DNA of 64,000 bases, taken from NCBI GenBank assembly GCA_963713045.1, contig CAVQKE010000004.1, forward strand, positions 640,001-704,000, written 5' to 3'. The position numbers and the translations under genes were made by a program. This document shows, one piece after another, positions 62,501-64,000 of this stretch. The stretch's first letter is position 1. Each line of letters opens with the position of its first letter. This DNA comes from an uncultured delta proteobacterium (GTDB taxonomy: Bacteria > Myxococcota > Myxococcia > Myxococcales > Myxococcaceae). Under the pieces are notes generated by a model. The model worked only from the letters and a program-made list of their open reading frames with translations. It was not told the origin of the DNA and did not search any database.

Positions 62501-63793
62501 ATGTCGAAAGAGACACTCACCGTCACTGACAACCGCACCGGCAAGACGTATGAGCTGCCCATCTCGCAGGGCTGCATCCGGACGGCTGACCTCCGCCAAA
62601 TCAAGGTCGACCCCTCAGACTTCGGACTGATGGGCTACGACCCGGCGTTCCTCAACACCGCCAACTGTCGCAGCGCCATCACCTTCATCGACGGCGACAA
62701 GGGCATCCTCGAGTACCGCGGCTACCCCATCGAGCAGCTCGCCGAGCAGTCGACGTTTCTCGAAGTGGCCTATTTGCTGATGAATGGAGAGCTCCCCAGC
62801 CGCCAGCAGCTGGCCGACTTCACCCATGTCGTCATCCACCACACCTACGTCCACGAGAACGTGAAGTCGTTCATGGATGGGTTCCGCTACGACGCCCATC
62901 CGATGTCAATGCTGGCCTCCACCGTCGCGGCCCTCTCCGCTTTCTATCCGGAGGCGAAGAACATCCAAGACGCCCAGGTGCGGCGCATCCAGATGATGCG
63001 GATGGTGGCCAAGATGCCCACCCTGGCGGCATTCAGCTTCCGCCACGCGATGGGGTTGCCCTACGTCTACCCCAACAACGACCTGTCCTACGTCGGCAAC
63101 TTCTTGGCGATGATTAAGAAGATTGGCACCGACAGCTACCGGCTCAATCCGGTGCTGGAGCGAGCTCTCGACGTGCTCTTCATCCTCCACGCCGACCACG
63201 AGCAGAACTGCAGCACCACCGCGGTCCGGCTGGTGGGCTCGAGCGAGGTGGACCCCTACTCCGCCGTCGCCGCCGGCATCACCGCGCTCTACGGCCCGCT
63301 TCACGGCGGCGCCAACGAGGCAGTGCTGAAGATGCTCCGCAGCATCGGCAGCCTGGAAAAGGTCCCCGAGTTCATCCGGCTGGTGAAGAGCGGCGAGGGG
63401 GAAACACGGCTGATGGGTTTCGGGCACCGCGTCTACAAGAGTTACGACCCGCGGGCCAAAGTCATCAAGCGGGTCGCCGACGAGGTCTTCGAAGTCACCG
63501 GCAAGAATCCCCTCCTCAACATCGCGCTGGAGCTCGAGCGCATCGCGCTGCAGGACGACTACTTCATCAAGCGCAAGCTCTATCCCAACGTCGACTTCTA
63601 TTCCGGGCTCATCTACGAGGCGATGGGCTTCCCCTCAGCCTACTTCCCGGTGCTCTTCGCCATCCCCCGCACGGTGGGCTGGGTCTCTCAGTGGGAAGAG
63701 ATGGTGCTCGACCAGGAGCAAAAGATTGCCCGGCCCCGCCAGGTGTATGTCGGCCATCCACAGCGAGACTACGTGCCGTTTGATAAGCGCTGA
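62501..63793 (+). CDS. gltA: Citrate synthase
   Basis: [30 protein letters not shown] and YPNVDFYSG. Confidence 0.97.
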   Translation: MSKETLTVTDNRTGKTYELPISQGCIRTADLRQIKVDPSDFGLMGYDPAFLNTANCRSAITFIDGDKGILEYRGYPIEQLAEQSTFLEVAYLLMNGELPSRQQLADFTHVVIHHTYVHENVKSFMDGFRYDAHPMSMLASTVAALSAFYPEAKNIQDAQVRRIQMMRMVAKMPTLAAFSFRHAMGLPYVYPNNDLSYVGNFLAMIKKIGTDSYRLNPVLERALDVLFILHADHEQNCSTTAVRLVGSSEVDPYSAVAAGITALYGPLHGGANEAVLKMLRSIGSLEKVPEFIRLVKSGEGETRLMGFGHRVYKSYDPRAKVIKRVADEVFEVTGKNPLLNIALELERIALQDDYFIKRKLYPNVDFYSGLIYEAMGFPSAYFPVLFAIPRTVGWVSQWEEMVLDQEQKIARPRQVYVGHPQRDYVPFDKR

Positions 63794-63799
63794 GCGAAC

Positions 63800-64000
63800 A
63801 TGACCATCGACTTCACCTGCCAGAAGTGCGACGCGACCTTCGAAATCGACGCGCAGGACCTCATCGATGGGTCGGAGAAGCTGGTCTGTACCAGCTGTGA
63901 GACCAAGGCACCGGCCAACGTGGTGGAGGACTTCGTCGCGGCGCTCACCGAGATGCGCACGCAGGTGGCTGCCCTGGGGAAGAAGTTCAGTCTGGCCATG
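63800..64000 (+). CDS. Hypothetical protein with two CxxC motifs (partial, runs off the window)
   Basis: Not in the ORF track: MTIDFTCQKCDATFEID...LVCTSCETK, 6 nt after the gltA stop. Confidence 0.75.
   Translation, partial: MTIDFTCQKCDATFEIDAQDLIDGSEKLVCTSCETKAPANVVEDFVAALTEMRTQVAALGKKFSLAM

Overview
GC-rich bacterial window whose gene content points to Myxococcota (inference from a PEGA-domain Ser/Thr kinase, a PilZ gene, a sigma54 regulator and a ribosomal S1 paralogue). It has three parts. (1) 1-23 kb holds FKBP, cspA, a frameshifted ACE-like M2 peptidase, sixA and GT9, then an 8-gene cluster of amide ligases and hydrolases (4 ATP-grasp or ATP-grasp-like proteins, a YbdK-type ligase, a class I glutamine amidotransferase-like protein, an esterase and a cytoplasmic S8 protease), a kinase/TPR-PEGA/11x Ig-repeat lipoprotein module, SulP and an Omp85-family protein. 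(2) About 23-42.3 kb is an accessory mosaic ending at a broken tyrosine integrase that runs into the 3' end of tRNA-fMet. It carries many gene fragments, stress/redox genes and cydAB. It also carries the best candidate new system: a 74-aa Cys-rich exported peptide directly upstream of an RRE-like/LanD-type flavoprotein/SAM-methyltransferase fusion, a putative new RiPP. (3) 42.4-64 kb is core genome: S1 paralogue, murJ, an NtrC-family regulator, M23, rsmI, a degenerate SMC-like protein, rpsP-khpA-rimM-trmD-rplS interrupted by an IS1202-family element with a 15-bp target duplication, rlmN, ndk, sucCD, mdh, icd and gltA. All calls come from reading motifs by eye; no database search was run.
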